From Zootoca vivipara (lineage: Eukaryota): a DNA stretch of 64,000 nucleotides. The stretch spans positions 28,458,001 to 28,522,000 of the forward strand of contig NC_083288.1 in the NCBI RefSeq assembly GCF_963506605.1, in the 5' to 3' direction. The position numbers and the translations under genes are program-made. This document shows positions 13,557 to 27,448 of this stretch, in pieces. The notes under the pieces were generated by a model. The model was not told the DNA's origin. It saw only the letters and a program-made list of their open reading frames with translations, and did no database searches. The first letter of the stretch is position 1, and every line of letters starts with the position of its first letter.

Positions 13557-14275
13557 TGTGACCACTTATTTCTTGAATTGGGAACACCTTAACACTCAGG
13601 GGGTGGTTCCAATAGAGCATAAAGTCTTCCTTTGGGTCTGCTGTTGGGGCATTTAAAGCAGCCTGCCCTGGCTCTGGTGCTCAGTTCCTCGTTGGATCAC
13701 CCCCCTCCCATTGTGTAAAGGTTTGTCTTGGGTAATTTGACCTAGCTATGGACTCTGTCAGTTGCCATATTCAGGGCCAGGCAGGAATTTGTCCACCAGG
13801 CCAATTGGCTCCAGTCTGTTGGTTTTGCCTACCAAATAGCAATGGTCATAAATTTGTTGGCTTAGGCATTGAGTAAACCTTAGTCTTGGATGGAGAAGAG
13901 ATTGTAGTCTCTGCCTGCTCCTTCAAGTGAAAAGGTATCCTGCTAAAGGGATCTGAGATGAGTTGCTTCTGTACATGGGGAGTTGTATATACCCAAGGGG
14001 TGGAGGAGTGGGGCTTGGGCCACAACACTCCTCAAGATGATGATCCCCACAGGGGCCCTCCTATTTTATGTAAGTCCTAGGACCCTGCACTGTCAGGTTG
14101 ACCCAGGGATTCACTTCTGGAAGGCAGGCCAGAAGTTGGGGGTTATCCCCAATGCCTATGCCAGACCTCTTACATCTTTAACCAATAAAGTTGTGGCCTT
14201 ATTTGACCCCTAAACTGTATTATGTCTGGTTCTTCCTAAATAGCTGAAGGGCGGTGGGTGGGTGGAGTCTTGACA
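13557..14275 (+). mobile_element. LTR-like element, family X copy 4 (opposite orientation)
   Basis: tgtgac...tgaca; aataaagttgtggcc at about 14185; reverse complement of the conserved core at 13780-13870. Confidence 0.6.
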
Positions 14276-14591
14276 AAACTTAGTTCATTATTTCCCTAGT
14301 GGAATAGGGATTAAAAAAATGTCATATGAGTAAAGTCACGGATCATGATGAAGTTCAGCAGCATAAACACAATCTATGCTTTTTGCACATGCACTTCCAG
14401 GTGTATTTCTATCACAATTTCCAAGAGTTGTCGTGCAAAATGATTGAACCCAGAAATAAATGTTATCACTGGTGCTATTTTTCTAGAAAAATATGTGCTT
14501 GAATTCACCATGAACACCTCCCTTGTTCTCCCTTGTTCTCTTAGAATAGCAATAGAATTCATCTGAGAGGTGCCGGAACTGAGTTCCAGTG

Positions 14592-15327
14592 AATGAATGA
14601 ATAATTTATTACGGTCGGAGACCAGCTTTTAAAACACGTTTGGGGGAGCAATCCCAAAGGACAAAATATACATATAAAACTTTGTACAATGATAAAATTG
14701 TACTTTAAGATAAGCTGCTGCAGAGAACTGGCTCTGGCCCTGGGTCGCTCGGGGAACCGGGTTTAGGGACTTTGAAACAACCTAGTTTGGCTCAGGGGAA
14801 GGTCTATGTCTGCAGATCTGAACACAGAATCTGGTCGATCATCCGGGTTGTCTTCTGATCTTTTCCTAACAGGAGCAGGTTGTATATTTGCTTTTCCGGG
14901 AGGTCAGCTAGCCTCACCAGCATGGAATCAAGGATCTCCCTACGTGCCTCTTCGTAGAAGGGACATCTAAAAAATAGATGCTCTGGGCTTCCTATTTCCC
15001 CCAATGAACAGGCACAGAGTCTTTGGCCGTATGGGACTTTTTTGTAGGATCCTTCCAGGACCGGCAAGGGCAGGGCCGAGCTTCTGGTGAGTGTGAAAGC
15101 CCTTCTTGCATTTTTGGCTAAGAGGAAGGAGAGGTAAGCTGCCGGAGCGGCTATATATCTCTCTGTTTCTCCAATTGTATAGTATCTTGAGTAGTCCTGT
15201 TCCCTCTCAATGTCTATGATTCTTTGTCTAACTGTGGCTTTTGCTTGGACCAACCACAGACTTAGAAGGGCTTGGGGAGCAAAACCCATTTTCTGGAGGG
15301 TGTTCAGGACTGTTGTCAGCCAGCCTG
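14592..15327 (-). mobile_element. 5'-truncated LINE (RTE-X-like) with CCHC zinc-knuckle C-terminus
   Basis: ORF 14804-15289 RLCAC...EHLFFRCPFYEEAR; 14-bp TSD actgagttccagtg (14578-14591, 15328-15341); (ATTC)n tail. Confidence 0.8.
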
Positions 15328-16338
15328 ACTGAGTTCCAGTGCGTTTACATCAGCGTAATAGAGTTAGCCAGGATGCCAGAAGGGATGCAATTTATGAGCT
15401 TTCTCCATTATCTGCACAGCAGCAGGTGTTTAGTCAACAGTGCAAAGCTGAGCTGAAGCATTCCCCACTGGTTACCTGTTTTCAGCAATAGGGGTCGCTG
15501 TTCGGTAGTACCCAATTGGTTAGCTGTCAGATTCTAGAGCTCCCTATTGGTGTCTCTTAGGTAATTCACAAAATACAGAGTGCATTCATGAAACACAGTG
15601 TTCATTCAAAAGCAGTAACATAAATCTCCATTGCTACATATTGGGTGTATATTTCAGCGCTTGAACGTACAGGTTTATGGCCATGCTGCAGTGTAGTGCT
15701 TATGCGACTATGAATAAAAGGTGGCTGGGCTCATTGTCTCAGGCTTTTTTGGGGGGGAGGTGACAAAACTGATTTTCAATACCCCCCCCATTATTTCCAC
15801 AACAAGTCCTTGAGTCTGTACTCTGAATAGTGACACCAGGGACCTAGAAGGTGCAGGGCTTGTCAGTCCAACCCCTACACTGTCTCATCAGGGCTGACCT
15901 TAAGGCAATTGGAGCAATTTGGCCAAATTGGGCCCCTTACCAGGACAATCTATATGGATTTTATTTATATCTATAGGATTTTTCAGACTTTGGCTGTGAA
16001 CTGGGGCCCTACAAAAAAATTCACCCCACTGTTGGGCCCCACTGGCTAGCCCTGAGTCTCATAGTTGCTGGGCCTCAGTTGCCCTGCCCTTGCATGAAGT
16101 CTTGAGTTTGCAATTTTAGGAGAGGGGAGACTGCAGCACTGAGGAGAGGGCAGGCTGGTGAGGCCCCCTAGATTTTGAGTCCTGAGTTGCTCTTCCCTCG
16201 CATGAAGTCTTGGGTTTGCAATTTTGGGAGAGGGGAGACTGCCTGCTGGGGAGTAGGTGGGCTGGTGAGACCTCCTAGATTTAGAGGCCTTAGACTTCAG
16301 TCTACTTAGCTTGTACATGAATCTGGTGCTGCCTCTAA

Positions 16339-17281
16339 TCATTTCCATTCAGTGAAAAGTGAAAATCTTCCCAGAATCTTTAGCAAGGCAGCTTTGACTT
16401 CCTGGTTCCTCAAAGTATAAATAAGTGGGTTCAAAACTGGTGTGACTGCACTGTATATAAGGGTCACCGTCATGTCCCTTTGAGACGCATTACCCACAGA
16501 GGGGAGCATGTAGTTAAACAAAACAGGCACATAGAGCAAACCAACCACCATCAGATGGGATCCACAGGTGGAGAAGGCTTTCTGTTGACTACTTCGGGAT
16601 TTCACTTTGAAGAGAAGGAAAGTGATAAAAGTAGGAGAGGAGTGTTGCTATAAAAGGACCGATTGCAATGCAGCTGGTTACAGTATTGAGGAGCATGAGG
16701 TTGAGGTGGGTGCTGCCACATGCCAGTTTCAGCAAAGGCTTGATGTCACACACAAAAATGCTCAATGTGATTTGGCCCACAGAAGGGCAGACGGGCAGTT
16801 GCCACTGCATGCATCAGGGCATGAAAAAAGCCAGTGGACCATGTGGCTGCTGCCAAGAGTTGGCAGACCTGCTTGCACATGATGATGGAGTAACGCAAAG
16901 GATTGCATATTGCAACATATCAGTCAAATGCCATTATTCCCAGAAGAATGACTTCGCTGCTGCCCAAGAAATGGAAAAAGTGGAGCTGAGTCATGCATCC
17001 AGCAAAGGAAATGGTTTGTAGCTGTGACAGAAATCCAGCTAGCATCTTTGGAACAGTGACTGTGGAATAAAAGATATCAAGGCAGGAAAGGTGGCAAAGA
17101 AAAAAGTACATGGGAGTGTGAAGTTTTGGCTCAGCTATTGTGACAACCACAATAGCTGCATTCCCCACAATGCTGGCTAGATACATCAAGAAGAAGATAG
17201 CAAATAGTGTGTGCTGAAGGTCCCAAAGATTGGTCAGTCCCATCAAGATGAATTCTCTCACATCTGTTTGGTTCTCCGTTG
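16339..17281 (-). pseudogene. OR12D-like pseudogene A, main exon
   Basis: QLHFFHFLGSSE and CDIKPLLKLACG signatures; TGA replaces the R of DRY (16920-16922); +1 frameshift near 16750 and -4 frameshift near 16625. Confidence 0.92.
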
Positions 17282-19620
17282 CTAAAAGACAACAGGGAAT
17301 AATAAGAGGAGGGGAGGGCATTACAGAATGCTAGTAAAATCATTTACCCGCATCAGAAAATTATACAGTCAGTAGGCTCTGAACCTGCAGTGGAAATAGA
17401 AGCTGGACGAAACAGGCTAATGACATGCACACAAATGATGGAAAGTGACTTAGAACTTCCCAGTCTAATTGTAAATGCACCTCTCATTTGGTTTAGAGAC
17501 ATCAGCTAATAATATGAGCTTCATCTTCATCTTATCTCTTATCTCATGGGGGGAAATGACTTACTAGAGGTATTGACCTTGTAATAATGTAGAGAACAAT
17601 ACACTGCAGTCCTCCTGAGTCTTTAATCATAAGAATATTCAATCCAACATTCTGTCCTGATACATGGACAGATTACAAGGAGAATATGAGGGCAACAGCA
17701 CTATCTCACCCTTTGATTCCTAGAAAATGGTACTGCATTATGCCTCCAACCATGGAAGTAGAACATAGGCATCATGGCTAGTTTCCATTGTTAATGTACC
17801 TTTGTAATTTTAAAAACAACCGTTCATCTCAGCAATAAGGCAATATTGTCAGACATATGATTTTTTTTCCCTACGAGTCTTTTAAAAAATAGTACTCCTG
17901 TATCTCAGGGCAAAACATCTTTTGGGTCCATTTTGTCTTCTATTCCTCAGAAGCGAATTTTTCATATATTAGCAGGTGGCAAAGGGGTACAACTGTCGCC
18001 AGCTCTCATGACGTTTGTGAATGCACACACAACACAATTAATGATGTCTCAGTTGATTATTTGAAGCTGCAATGTAGCATCAGAGTCCATCATGACCAAT
18101 AAAATCCATACTTTCAGTCAACAAACTCAAAAACGTTCATCCTCCAACATTCATACTTCTTTGTATTTTGCTATGCAGTCTTCCAACTAAGTAATGTGTA
18201 CAGAAAAATCACATGCTGAAATGAGGAGTGAATGAATATGCATTTGTTAGTGAGGCAGACATACACCAATGAATTATATTACATAAAATTTGTTTTGAAA
18301 AGATGAGTATATTTAGAGAAATTCATGCAAACAGGGTGCTGGATCTTCATGCAGATAGATAGCGAGATGTAAAGAATCAAATTTAAGTTTGAAAAAATGA
18401 GATGCTGAGGAAAACCAAACAGAGATATTTGGCCATCCCTACCACAGGTACATATACTAGGTGAATTTTGTAGCTGGTACACAGTCTTACAATCTAGCTA
18501 GAATCTGGATTTCCTGCATCAAAATACAAATGGGGGAAAGAACCAAAACAATGGCAGTTATATTTGGAAGCATACAAGTCATGAACTTAGGTTACAGTAG
18601 TTTGCCTTTTGAAAAAAAAAGTGTGCCTATTTGTGTGGCAGAGATAGGAAGGAGGCCTAATTTCGGTCAGTGTTTGGCCTCTTGGGAATAGATGAACACC
18701 AGTGTTTGGGATCTGGATGAAAATTCAGAATGAAGTGGCTTATGGAATCTGCTGTAAGCTTTTGAAGGGAAAATGGGTTATAAATATGCAAATACCCTTT
18801 CTTCACCACATTTTACAGTTGGTGAAAATAGCATTCAGAATTTCAAAATTATAATGAATGCAAAATGTTCATAAAGAGTTCTAATGAGACTATGAAACTT
18901 TGTCCCTTCTGCAGTTCAGGTAAGATGCTACTTGCATGTTAAAGGTGGTAGACTTTGCTGAAATATTTTCACCTTGCTTAGAAGCGCTTCTGAAGCACAG
19001 CAAAGGGTATCCTGCCTCAAACCACAATAATGCAAGGGGCATTGCCGCCAAACATTGATGATAACTCAGTTTTAAAATTAAACACTTGATGCAACATAGT
19101 GTTGTGTCTATGCCCGTGTTACCCATGGAAACATACGCAAACACAAAGGAACAGGCACTCATATTTTAATATTGAATTCCATAAATAACGAATGCAATAT
19201 TGTTAGTGCTTTCTCTTTCCAGTATGCCTCTTTGGGGATCTTCTGACATGCTGTATAGGATCAAAGAATGGAAACAGATAGCATTGTTTAGGATCAATGT
19301 GTGCTAAACAATTATTTGAGTTGTAGACCACCAATTCTATTCAGTTTAGACCCACTGAAAATAAAAACCTAACTATGTAATTTTCAATAATTTCAGAGGA
19401 TGCTATCTGTGTAGGACACAATATTTGTATTTTATCATGAGCCTTTTCATTTTCTATTGTGTTCTTTACCAAGGTTTATCAGCTGTTGCTTTCTGCAAAA
19501 CAGACTGTAACCTCGAACATGTACACTGCAACTTTCGTTAGAAAGAATGGGACAAACATAAAGGGCTTCATTAACTTCCTGTTACATATTGTGTTCTGTA
19601 AAGCTACAGACAGCTCCTAC

Positions 19621-19642
19621 CTTGATCAATCCACTTGTCCAT
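19621..19642 (-). pseudogene. Upstream coding mini-exon of OR12D-like A (MDKWIDQ+G)
   Basis: ATG GAC AAG TGG ATT GAT CAA G|gtagga; phase-1 join to ag|CA ACG GAG AAC at 17281. Confidence 0.7.
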
Positions 19643-19809
19643 AACATAAAACGAGAAGTTAATTGAAGCTGAGAATACTATATGAGGTAGGAAGCCATAT
19701 GACTTTTAATAGATAAAAAGAGTGTCACTGATTGCTGAACCACACATAAATTTATTTGCCTAAATCCTGGTATGTAACATGTGACAAATTGGGGGGAAAG
19801 AACTACCAA

Positions 19810-19925
19810 CCAGCATTAAGCTAGAGACTCTTGATTGCTCATTTGGGAATTGAATCTAGAAGCCTATCTATTTTGAGAAAATTAACCAGTTGCACTTTTG
19901 AGATTACAGATCGTGCCTTTGAGAA
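19810..19925 (-). promoter_or_regulatory. Candidate OR promoter of copy A (homeodomain TAATG plus O/E-like sites)
   Basis: cattaa at 19814, tttgggaa at about 19842, repeated (c/t)tttgaga (reverse complement YYYCARRRR-like); block conserved upstream of copies B, C and E. Confidence 0.5.
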
Positions 19926-19965
19926 AATAAACATTTTGTGCAACCAATGCATGCTGGCAAGTTGC

Positions 19966-20104
19966 NNNNNNNNNNNNNNNNNNNNNNNNNNNNNNNNNNN
20001 NNNNNNNNNNNNNNNNNNNNNNNNNNNNNNNNNNNNNNNNNNNNNNNNNNNNNNNNNNNNNNNNNNNNNNNNNNNNNNNNNNNNNNNNNNNNNNNNNNNN
20101 NNNN
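19966..20104. other. Assembly gap
   Basis: Run of N. Confidence 1.
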
Positions 20105-20216
20105 GTCCAGTCATGTCTGACTCTGGGGTTGTGGCGCTCATCTCACCAGGGACCCAGGTGGCGCTGTGGATTAGATCACAGAGTCTAGGGCTTGCTGATC
20201 AGAAGGTCGGCGGTTC

Positions 20217-20258
<42 letters not shown>
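20105..20258. mobile_element. Rearranged Sauria SINE fragments followed by (GT)n
   Basis: Minus-strand SINE 3' piece joined to a plus-strand head (gggacccaggtggcgctgtgg...gatcagaaggtcggcggttcga); homologous to the 24397 copy. Confidence 0.7.
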
Positions 20259-20260
<2 letters not shown>

Positions 20261-20681
20261 GATTATGAATTTTGTGTCGTCCCCCCCCCCAGTAATATCT
20301 AAAAGGACTAGATTTCAGACTAGCAAGACCCACATAGGAAATTGTTATGTGTGGCAAAGGGGGAAAAGAAAGGTCAATGAAGGGTTTGACATTTTAGTCT
20401 CAAAGCCAGATAGAGAGAACTGGATGGTAGTGCTGAGGTTCCCCACCCATAACTTACTGTTACACCGAAACCTGGGGTGGTCATTCCCCCCCCTCCAAAC
20501 AAACCACAGTGTCATGGACAAGCTGGATTCAGAAGAGTGGTGGGAGGTACAAGCTGAGGAAGCCTTTAGGGAAGACCCAGAGGGAGAAGGCTCAGAACCA
20601 AGTAATTTGTGGTAAGATGACAATGAGTGGTCAGAGGGAGAAGGAGCAGACTGAGAGGAGGAGGCATCAGAAGCAGAAGAG

Positions 20682-21030
20682 CCGACCCTCCGAGTGTCCC
20701 TATTTTCCAGGGAGGTCCCTGATTTAGAGAAGCCATCCCGGTTTCTGATTTGATCCCAAAGTGTCCCACTTTTCGTTTGGACGTGCCTATTTTCATTGGA
20801 GAAATGTTGGCGGGTTTGGAGTTATCTGACCTCCGAGCCATCTGAAGGCAATCCTGTATAGGGAAGTTTTTTTTAAAAAAATGTTTAATGTTTTATTATG
20901 CTTTTATATATGTTGGAAGCTGCCCTGAGTGGCTGGGGCAAACCAGTAAGATGTGTGGGGTATAAATAGTCAAGTTATCATTATGGAATGGTATGTCCCT
21001 ATTTTCATTGGAGAAATGTTGGAGGGTATG
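20682..21030 (+). mobile_element. About 350-bp non-autonomous DNA transposon, copy 1, inside an older LTR-like region (about 20275-21495)
   Basis: ccgaccctcc...ggagggtatg ends, internal tgtccctattttc repeats; second copy inverted at 36894-37225. Confidence 0.75.
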
Positions 21031-22515
21031 GAAGAGGTGACAGGGTTTAGGGAACAGGAAGAGGCCAAGGGAGAGCACAGTTCAAACTCTGAGGCAGAAG
21101 AGGGGGCTGTAGAGGGTTGGAACCAAGAGATAGAGAGGCAGGCTGCTGAAGAAGTCAGCTGGTCTACCCCCTCCTGCTGTGACCAGCTACCCCTTCCCCG
21201 GTCTCCTAGAACATGCTGAGAAATGAAAAGGGCAGAGCAGAGGGTGGTTGTGTGCAGACATTGCCTGAGACTGCAGGTGAAAGACCTGGAGAGGAGGAGT
21301 CCTAAGCAGCACCAGGAAGATGAGAATCTTCAGTCCTTGCAACGACTTCTTCGGGGAAATAACTCCTAGAACGAGTTGCTGAAACCACTGGGCCGGATCT
21401 GTTGTTTGTTTCCTAGAATATAGAGTTAACTTCACTGACCTTGGGTGATTTATTGTTTCATTGCTGACCTACTACTGACTCCAGTCCTGACTCACAAGTT
21501 GTAATTAATGTTTGTCATTAGTTTACTGGTTTGGGTTTATCGAGACCCAGGTTCATATGGAATTTGAAGCCAGGAAATGTATGTCCTCCTGGCAACAGCT
21601 CAAGCAGGAAGCATCCACAATAAAACAATAAAACAAAAACAAACCAATAACCCCCTCCCCGACCCACTCCCCCAGCACATTTTCACCTGATGCCAAAAGG
21701 TATGTAATGAAGGCACTAGCAAAACCTCCTTGACCAGAGCATTCCATAAATGGGGAGGCACTGTAGAAAAGACCCCTTCACATATTGCCACCCTCCAGAC
21801 CTCTCATGGAAGAGGCACATGAAGAAGGGTGGCAGATGATGATCTCAGTGTCCAGGTAGATTTAACTATGTTTCAAAGCAAGGAGGTTCCATTCTGGTCT
21901 GCAAGGCAATTTCCTGAAACTGCATCCACCTATCAATCAGCTGATGTTGCAAGTGATGTCAACTGATGGAAGGGAGGATAGAATTTAGTTTACTGGATGT
22001 GCATCTCTGTTCCCTGCTTGGAACAATCCTGTGCAAGGGATGTTTACCAGTGGACAGGACAACCCATTCATCTTTTATGTGATATTATAATGAAGTAATA
22101 TGATCAACAGGAGGATTTCACTCCCTTAAAATTGGCACATGTGCTCAAGGGGGGAAAAGGGGAGGGTTCATCCCTGAAATATGAATGAGGCCTCAGCAAT
22201 TTATTTTTCGGTCCTTTGATAAATAGAGCGCTCGTTGATTACATAAGATGTAGAATGTAAAGCATATTTGGAGATTTTACTGAGAAAACACATCAGAAGT
22301 CCTTTAGAAGTTAGCTGAAGAACCATGACACCCATAAAATTTCTCAGGAGTGGTGGCTTACAGATTTAAACAAAAAAATCATCCACTATCAGAGTCCTGT
22401 AAAAACAAAGTTGTCTTTCTCTCGCAGTACTGCTACAGTGTGAGTTCCTGTTCTGGTGGTTACATGCCTAAGAGTATTACCATTGGGGGGGGAACCCTCC
22501 TTTCATCATTTCCTT

Positions 22516-23456
22516 TCAGTGAAAAGTGAAATATTTTTTCCCCAGAATCTTTAGCAAGGCAGCTTTGACTTCCTGGTTCCTCAGAGTATAAATAAGTGGG
22601 TTTAAAAGTGGGGTGAGTGCACTGTATATGAGGGTCACCATCATGTCCCTTTGAGAAGCGTTACCCACAGAGGGGAGCATGTAGTTAAACAGAACAGGCA
22701 CGTAGAGCAAACTAACCACCATCAGATGGGATCCACAGGTGGAGAAGGCTTTCTGCCGACCACTTCGGGACTGCACTTTGAAGAGAAGAAAAGTGATAAT
22801 GTAGAAGTAAGAGAGGAGTATGGCAATAAAAGGACCCATAGCAACACAGCTGGTTACTGTGTTGAGGAGCATCAGGCTGAGGTAGGTGCTACCGCAGGCC
22901 AGTTTCAGCAAAGGTTTGATATCACATAAAAAGTGTTCAATGCGGTTTGGCCCACAGAAGGGGAGACGGGCAGTTGCCATTGTATGCATCAGGGCATGAA
23001 AAAAGCCAGCGGACCAAGTGCTTGCTGCCATGAGTTGGGAGACCTGCTTGCGCATTATGATGGTGTAACGCAAGGGGTTGCATATTGCAACATAGCGATC
23101 AAATGCCATTACGCCAAGAAGAATGCCTTCACTGCTTCCCAGGAAATAGAAGAAGTGGAGCTGAGCCATACAGCCACCAAAGGAAATTTTTTGCGTCTCT
23201 GATAGAAAACCAGCCAGCATCTTTGGAACCGTGGTGGTGGAATAGAAAATGTCAAGGCAGGAAAGGTTTCCAAGAAAAAAGTACATGGGGGTGTGAAGCT
23301 TTGGTTCAGCTATTGTGACGAGCAAGATTGCTGCATTCCCCACTAGGCTGGCCAAATAAATCATCAGGAAGATTGCAAAGAGTATACACTGAAGCTCCCA
23401 GAGATTGGTTAGGCCCATTAAGATGAATTCTGTCACCTCTGTTTGGTTCTCCGTCA
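22516..23456 (-). CDS. OR12D-like gene B, main exon (intact; 320 aa with mini-exon)
   Basis: Open frame with all OR motifs; begins ttttag|TG ACG GAG AAC CAA ACA with no in-frame ATG before NQT. The ORF-track start at 23508 is a TTG in the intron. Confidence 0.9.
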
Positions 23457-24396
23457 CTAAAAGACAGCAGAGGATAATAAGGTGAGAGGAGGTCACTGTA
23501 GAGTGCAAGTAATGTCCATTACCTACAATATGTAAGAAAATTGTTCAGAAAGAAGTGTATAAAATGGTTCAGTGAAATTGTAAGATGCGTGAAATACTGA
23601 TAACATGTATATAAATGATATAGGATGCTTTGTTTTCTATTCCTTAAAAGTATGAAGGTTTTCATAAGTGCATCAGGTAGCAACAGAGTACAACTCCCAG
23701 CAGCTGACATGGTGTGTGTGTGCCTAACAGATACCAGGAACCTGCCTTTTAGCATCAGAGTCTATTGACAGAATTCATACTTTCAAAAAACAGCCTGGGG
23801 AGCAAACACAGCCTTCTTCCAAAATTAACACTTATCTGAATGGTGCAACTACAGCCTTGTAGTTTGCACAAAGATTGATATACGGTACATGCAAGTGCAC
23901 ACATAGTGTGCATATAATTATTCCAGAAAATTTATTGTGATTTTGAGATTAGTGATCTGATATGGTCAACTCTTCCTGTCTCTGTTTATCCCTTCCTAGC
24001 TCTGGTTTTCTGTGTTTTATTGTTTTCTCTATCCTGGTCAGTAAAAGCCTTTGATGTATGGCCTCGTATTTGAGCCTGTATTAGCCCTAACAGGCCACAG
24101 GTCTATAAAATATCTAGTTTTGGGGCATAGAAGTCAGAAGTTCAGCACAGTCTATTGGCCGCAGAGCTGCACATCGAAGTTCTACCTGGGGGGACACTTC
24201 GCCACTTCTTCAGGGCTTCTCAGTGACAGATTGAAGTGTTTGCTTGGTAATGTATATTTTCCTTGCTGTTTGGAATAAAATTTGTAATCTTCTCACCCAC
24301 TTGCATTTGTATTGCTTCTGAATCTAATTTTAAAAGAATCATCTTGCATTTGGCAAGACACTGAGAGATACCAAAATTGAGATATTTGTTCATCCA

Positions 24397-24695
24397 CCAC
24401 AGAGCCTAGGGCTTGCCGATCAGAAGGTCGGTGATTTGAATCCCCATGACGGGGTGAGCTCCCGTTGTTCGGTCCCTGCTCCTGCCAACCTAGCAGTTCA
24501 AAAGCACATCAAAGTGCAAGTAGATAAATAGGTACCGCTCCAGCAGTAAGGTAAACGGCGTTTCCGTGTGCTGCTCTGGTTTGCCTGGAAGCTGTACGCC
24601 GGCTCCCTCGGCCAATAACGCAAGATGAGTGCCGCAACCCTAGAGTCGGTCACGACTAGACCTAATGGTCAGGGGTCCCTTTACCTTTACCTTTA
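24397..24695 (+). mobile_element. Sauria SINE (in the intron of OR B)
   Basis: cttgccgatcagaaggtcgg..., gacggggtgagctcccg..., gtagataaataggtacc, (ACCTTT)n tail. Confidence 0.9.
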
Positions 24696-24937
24696 ACACT
24701 GATACAGATACAAGGTGAATCTTGTGGCCTTTGTATGCTTCCCAGCATTAGATACAATGGATTATTGTAGCTAGTGTGCACCCATGAAATCCACGACAGA
24801 TTCTAGATAAGCCACCTTAAAGGGATTGGAGGGCCAAAACAATGACAAAACAATGACATTTGGAAAATGGGTAGCAAACTTGCTTGACGCACATCATGCT
24901 AAATATTCTGTTTGATCATGCTGCAGGCAGCTCCTAC

Positions 24938-24959
24938 CTTGATGATCCCACCTGTCCAT
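24938..24959 (-). CDS. Upstream coding mini-exon of OR12D-like B (MDRWDHQ+G)
   Basis: ATG GAC AGG TGG GAT CAT CAA G|gtagga; 22+941=963 nt in frame. Confidence 0.75.
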
Positions 24960-26274
24960 TAGATAAGTAAATTGAAGTTTTGAATCCTGTAAGAGGTATG
25001 AAGGAAGCCATATGGGTTTAAATGTGACTGGGGAAAAATCCACTCTGATGGCTGTTTGAACCCCACATGGCTTTATAAGCCTAAACCCTAATATGGAACA
25101 TGTTCCCAGCCAATTAAAGATTTTTGCTGTCATTGGGGAAAACAACTACAATCATCAAGTTAGGGACTCTTGATTGTTCAGATGGGAACTGAGCGCACAA
25201 GCATATTGGTTTTAAGAAAATAAACCATTGCTGCTTCTGATTGTGCAATTTATGCTTTTGAGAATAAAATAATTAGTGACATCGGTTAATTCTAACAAGT
25301 TTTATTTTATGGCAATTTTTTTTTACTGCTGTAGCATCATTATATCTGGCTGTTTCAATAATTTTTAAAAGGCTCACATTTCAGAGTAAAAGGTCTGTTA
25401 TAAAGCACCATTATATTCACTCCTTGAAGACTGATACACGGTACAGATTTTCTCATTCCCTCTCATTTCACTCACCCACAAATCTCTACCAACCTCTACT
25501 GTAATAACCTTGGGTTCAATGTATTGAGAAAATGGTTGACATGGTAGTATTAAGTAACACTTAGAACAAGCAATAATTTTCTACTAGAGCCCTTTCAGCC
25601 AACTAGGATCAGTTCATTTTTGTTCCATTTATTATATTTCTATGCTGCTTTTCACTCACATGAGTGGACACCAACAAATCACCAATTGATAGGTAGAGTT
25701 GTGTAAAGGTGAACTTGAAAGTCATTTTTAATGTTATCCAGAATATTGTTGGAAATTGATTTCATTAAACCATACGATCATTCTATTATGCTGTTTAAAC
25801 TGAGGTAAGGTTAGGTCAAGGATGCTTGGATGAGAAATCATCGACTCTAACATGGATTTTATTATCAAGAACCAAACTGGAACCAAACTCAGTTATCAGT
25901 TTTGGACATCTGGTGGCATTGGGCCCAGGTTCAGATGAAAGATGAAAGCAGGAAATGGCTTAGCTCTTAGCAACAACACAAACAGGAAGGTGTGAAGTAT
26001 CCACAATTTCAGCTACGTCGTAACGCAAGAGTAGGGAACCTCCACCCCACAGGCCAATTGTAGTCCACTAGGGGTTCAAATTTGTTCCGTATGCCATTTC
26101 TGCAAATCATGCTCAACTATCAATCAACTGATGTCGCAAGTGATGTCAGCTTGTGGGTTGGAGCTCCTAGTAGAATACTAACTTGCATGCCTGTTTCCTA
26201 CTGGGAATAGCCAAGGAAAGCATCCCCAACATTTTGCAGCCAGTGGCTGTGGCAGGGATTCTCCTGCCTACAAC

Positions 26275-26461
26275 TAGGGTTGCCAGACTCAATAGAGGAC
26301 AGGACTTCTGTGCCTTTAATTGCCCTGCTCTCTTTTGAGCCTGGAAACCTTAAAGAGAAACCAGCAGACCCTTTGTTCCAATTTTGAGTTTCCAGACTCA
26401 AAAGAGAGCAGGGCATTTAAAGGCACAGAAGTCCTGTCCTCTATTGAGTCTGGCAACCCTA
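26275..26461. mobile_element. Palindromic hAT MITE (187 bp)
   Basis: Long TIRs tagggttgccagactcaatagaggacagg...; 8-bp TSD cctacaac. Confidence 0.9.
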
Positions 26462-27448
26462 CCTACAACCTTTTTTGGGGGGGGGGAATACTGGTTTTTT
26501 TCTCCACTCTCAATCACTTGATTGGTGATAGGTAATGGAAGTGTATAAACTATGCCTTAAAGCAAGGGGTCAATCTAAGCCCACCAGGATGTCCAATTTG
26601 GTGGATGATGTGATTTCCCCAAACCACATCCACATATCAATCAGATGATGTCACAAGTGAGATCAGCTGGTGAGTAGGAGGGTAGAGATCAATTCTGGCT
26701 TAGCTGTGGATGCAAGTGTCCCCCTTTTATGCAGGCATCAACTGTGAGAGGGACTTACCTTGCATGCAAACAATCCTTCAAAGTACAGACTTAGTTCTCC
26801 TCTCTCCATCACCTGATGGAGAGGGGATAATCGAGGCTTGACAAGTTAGATACATACTTAGAACTCCCAAAAGAACCAAGGAAAGGGCAGAAAACACCTC
26901 TCACACTGTGATTCCCAAGTGAGTGAAATCCAGGTGATTTTGGCTGTTTGGGAACCCTGCAGAAGGGATTTTTAGTGGTGGGAAGAGTAAAGCACCCATC
27001 AATCATATGATTGATGAGTGGATTTCCCACCCATCTGTCAACCTTGGGTTTCAGAACCCAATAGGTTCTCCACCCAGGTTTAAATTGACATGAATGAGAA
27101 ACACAGCATCTGATTTTTTAGTGCTTTGATAAGTAAAGGGTCCATTGCATTTCACAACAAGTGATAAAGTACATTTGGAGATTTCACTTAGGAAACACAT
27201 CAACAGAACTCTCAAAGAAAGCTAAGAGACCATGATATACATTTGGTTTCTTAGGAGTGGTGGCTTATATTATACTATGTTTAAACAAAAGATTTTAGCT
27301 GATATCAGAGACCCGCAATGATGTCCCACACTGTAAAAACCCATCTATTTCTTGTTATTCTTCTCGTATTACTGTTGTAGTTGTAGTTTCCCTTTTGGAG
27401 TACACTTGTCTTAGTGTAGTGTTAGTCACAAAGTCTTCTTTGATTTTT

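Noticed and set aside
23457-23508. N-terminal extensions given by the ORF track for OR A, B and C (e.g. MHSTVTSSHLIILCCLL)
   Set aside because: They translate the intronic polypyrimidine tract. B and C start at TTG/GTG; the ATG at 17321 occurs only in pseudogene A.
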